From Takakia lepidozioides (taxonomy: Eukaryota > Plantae > Bryophyta): 64,000 nucleotides of DNA. Under the pieces are notes generated by a model. That model made no database searches. It saw only the letters and a program-made list of their open reading frames with translations, and was not told the DNA's origin. The position numbers and the translations under genes were made by a program. Below are positions 61,479 to 64,000 of this stretch, piece by piece (positions within the stretch are counted from its first letter, which is position 1; each line of letters starts with the position of its first letter). The stretch covers positions 16,554,001 to 16,618,000 of the forward strand of contig CM060734.1 of NCBI GenBank assembly GCA_030704615.1, written 5' to 3'.

Positions 61479-64000
61479 CACTACAACAAATGGGGGGGTT
61501 TGCGACGCCAGCCGCGCCCCCACGCCCGCGCGGCGCCAACCCTGCGAAGCGTGTTTGCGACGTCGGGCCGTCGCAGCCAAACCCCGCGGGTCGCCACCTG
61601 GCACAGGGGCCAGGCGGCGACGCCAGGCCGTCGCACGGGTTGATGAAGGGCAAAAGGAAGCCCTTCCGTGCGACGCCCAAGCGTCGCCCCCCAGCGAAAG
61701 GCAAAAGGCAGTCTTTTCTGGCGACGGCCGGTCGTCGCATGCCAAAAAAAAAACCCTGTCTTGCCCCTTCTTTCATCGCAGCCTTTTCTTGCAACGCCAA
61801 GCCGTCACTGGTGGCATGAAGGGCAAAAGGCCCCTACGACGGCAGGGCGTCGCAAATTGCCCGGCTGCCCTATTCTTGCAAAAAAAAAAAAACAGATCAC
61901 AGTTTGCGACGGCTGGCCGTCGCCGTTTGCGACCCTCGGCCTCATAAATCTAAAAAACGCGTCGCAGGTGGCGATGCGTGGGGGTCGCAGGCAGCGACGG
62001 CAGGGCTTTCTAGGTTTAGGTTTAGAGTCTTTGGGAGTTCTTAGTTTTTCTTTTTTTTCATATGGTACTGGGGTAGGGTGTTTGTTTTTCTTTATGGTTT
62101 AGCTTGTTGTTGTGGACCTTCTTGTAGATTGTGACATTTATTTTGATAATTCTTTTGATACCACATTTGTATGTGTTGCTCCAACATATTCATTGCCTCT
62201 GCTTTCTTTCTTGAAAGATTACCAGCCACAGCCATATTTGATCAAGTATAGAAATAAAGTACAATATGCATGTACATGTACAATCAATCGAAGGGATGGG
62301 TCCAGTTCGGTGCGAGAATTGTTATGTAGCTTTGATTTTGTGTCTAATCAACTTGAACATCATCATCCGGAGCTTCTTCATCTTCATCAAGCTGCAAGTC
62401 TTCTTGGTCATCGGAGTCATCGTCATAAATGGCTCGACCCTCAAAAGGCACCTCCGAATCATCCTCCACCTCGTTGTCAATGGTCGTGTCTTCGTTTCCT
62501 TCTCCAACATCCGTATCTTCTAGAGCTTCATCATATAGGGTCCAGGACGCATTGTCCGGGGCGTCATCATCCTCTTCTACCCCCTCTACCCAACCTCCAT
62601 CATCAACATGACCAGTCTCTCCGTCCACCGCAATTGCCTCACCCTATGGAGATCCGAGACCATGATAGATACGTCTTCCTCTTAGCTGAGCATGCACAAC
62701 CACCTTCTAATTCCCCCCTCTTGTTTTGTCATCGGAGAAGAAATCTTGCTCTATGTCTGACGGCCGTGAAAAAGGCTCATCGGAGGGATGATGAGTAGGG
62801 TTGAGCCTATCTGCATTGACACGCATTAAACCACAATCATCTTGCACTAGTGTTGCGGAGGGCCCCACAAGATGTGGCTGGAACTACCTTCCCTTGAAGA
62901 GAAGAGGCCGGTACCTTGTATACTGAAGTTGGAGTATGCTCTCAAGCTCTCCAATGTACTCAAGTTTGCTCATAGCAGGTGGTGTATCTCCCTTGCCCCA
63001 CACGGAGTCTTGCCAATATGTGGCACACAAGCCAGAATCAAAGGTTATTTTGCGCTTTATGTCAAGAGCACGAATGCGAAAATGACGACCGTGAATCCAA
63101 ACTGTCGTGTATGAGGTCGCGAATTGAGAGGGGCCCCTTGCAATGTCTTGCACCAAATCTGAAACCACCTCTCCTTGAGCAACGGCGTCATAAACTGAAG
63201 TCCGAAGCCACTGTTGGAATGAACTTAGAGGCTGCAATTCCATGGACAAATTTTGTGAATGAACATTCCGGCGGCCCGCTCCTCGTCGTGGGCGTCTAGT
63301 AACTGGCCTTGGATGGTTCTGCCTCCATGCAAGCATCTCTTCCTCTCGTTGCTGAACAAGATTATTGTATCTTGCCTCCCACTCATGTATGGATGGGGTG
63401 TTCTTCAGTATGAAGTCATGCGTTTGCTCAATCACCAAGGTCGGCAATTTTACCCTCTTCGATTTTTTGGGCAAAACGATGTCATTGGTTCGTGCATCCT
63501 CCTCTTCCTTCCACATCCAAGGGGCTTCCTCATCCACCCTTGCCATGTACTCCGTGCAATAGAACATAGCTTCTTGCAACGTATACCCCTCCGCCATGCT
63601 ACCCTCTGGGTGCGCCATTTGTCTTACAAATCCTTTCAAAGTCTTCATATAATGCTCAAGGAAGTACATCCACCGAGAATGAACGGGGCCGGCAATCGAA
63701 GCCTCTTCCACTAAGTGCACTACCAAATGCACTTGGATGTCAAAGAAGGAGGGATGAAGGTGCATCTCCAACATACACATTACCTCTGCCGCCTCCTTCT
63801 TCATGCGTGGAAAATCTGCTTCTTCCAACTCTTTGGAGCAAATCCACCGGAACAAGCCTCCCAATCTATAGATTGTATCACGAACCTCGGGAGTCAATGT
63901 CCCACGTACTGCAATGGGCAAGATGTCTTGCAATAGATTGTGGTAGTCATGAGACTTCAAACCATGGACCCCGTCTTCTTCGCTGAACTTCATACGGAGG
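61479..64000 (-). mobile_element. CACTA (En/Spm) DNA transposon, 3' end
   Basis: Terminus CACTACAACAAA at 61479, subterminal TTGCGACG/CGTCGCA repeats to ~62000, and a TnpD-like ORF pointing toward this end. Confidence 0.9.
62884..64000 (-). CDS. CACTA transposase (TnpD/Tnp2-like), C-terminal portion
   Basis: GLKSHDYH, FFDIQVHLVVHL, GPVHSRWMY, HPEGSMAEGY and YIGELESIL. A stop at 62884 precedes further degenerate sequence. Confidence 0.9.
   Translation of the reverse strand, partial: LRMKFSEEDGVHGLKSHDYHNLLQDILPIAVRGTLTPEVRDTIYRLGGLFRWICSKELEEADFPRMKKEAAEVMCMLEMHLHPSFFDIQVHLVVHLVEEASIAGPVHSRWMYFLEHYMKTLKGFVRQMAHPEGSMAEGYTLQEAMFYCTEYMARVDEEAPWMWKEEEDARTNDIVLPKKSKRVKLPTLVIEQTHDFILKNTPSIHEWEARYNNLVQQREEEMLAWRQNHPRPVTRRPRRGAGRRNVHSQNLSMELQPLSSFQQWLRTSVYDAVAQGEVVSDLVQDIARGPSQFATSYTTVWIHGRHFRIRALDIKRKITFDSGLCATYWQDSVWGKGDTPPAMSKLEYIGELESILQLQYTRYRPLLFKGR

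Noticed and set aside
61425-62102. Arg/Ala-rich ORFs near the CACTA end
   Set aside because: They fall in GC-rich subterminal repeats.

Overview
Transposon-saturated eukaryotic DNA, probably from a non-seed plant (moss-like, inferred from the captured gene fragments and TE types). It has one 500-N assembly gap (35942-36441) and no intact host gene. Nested content, left to right: (1) a minus-strand Ty3/Gypsy element whose polyprotein reads gag - Zn knuckles - protease - DNMT3-like C5 DNA methyltransferase - RT. It has an extra upstream ORF and a leader containing a head-to-tail mosaic of intronless host mRNA fragments (RPL8, NAA38, RPL28, AlaAT). (2) Two near-complete copies of a chromodomain-bearing Galadriel-like chromovirus (1058-8005 +, TSD TTGCA; 44633-51584 -, TSD TGCAC). 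(3) An older non-chromovirus Gypsy family with a long 3' extra ORF (15990-30669, and rearranged remnants at 54092-60890). (4) A Mutator-like (MULE) DNA transposon with a 9-bp TSD (16251-24831), a GCM-like Zn-domain DDE transposase and kilobase arrays of a palindromic motif. (5) Two inverted partial copies of a sister MULE family (30670-41229 and 41230-54091). This family carries a spliced accessory gene encoding a ParB/Srx-like domain plus a beta-class N4C/N6A DNA-methyltransferase-like domain, two paralogous unknown ~190-aa proteins, and a 53-bp-phased array of a 22-bp palindrome. (6) The 3' end of a CACTA element. The MULE methyltransferase/palindrome module and the DNMT-in-pol Gypsy are the best candidates for TE-encoded epigenetic systems. 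All domain calls come from manual motif recognition, not database searches.
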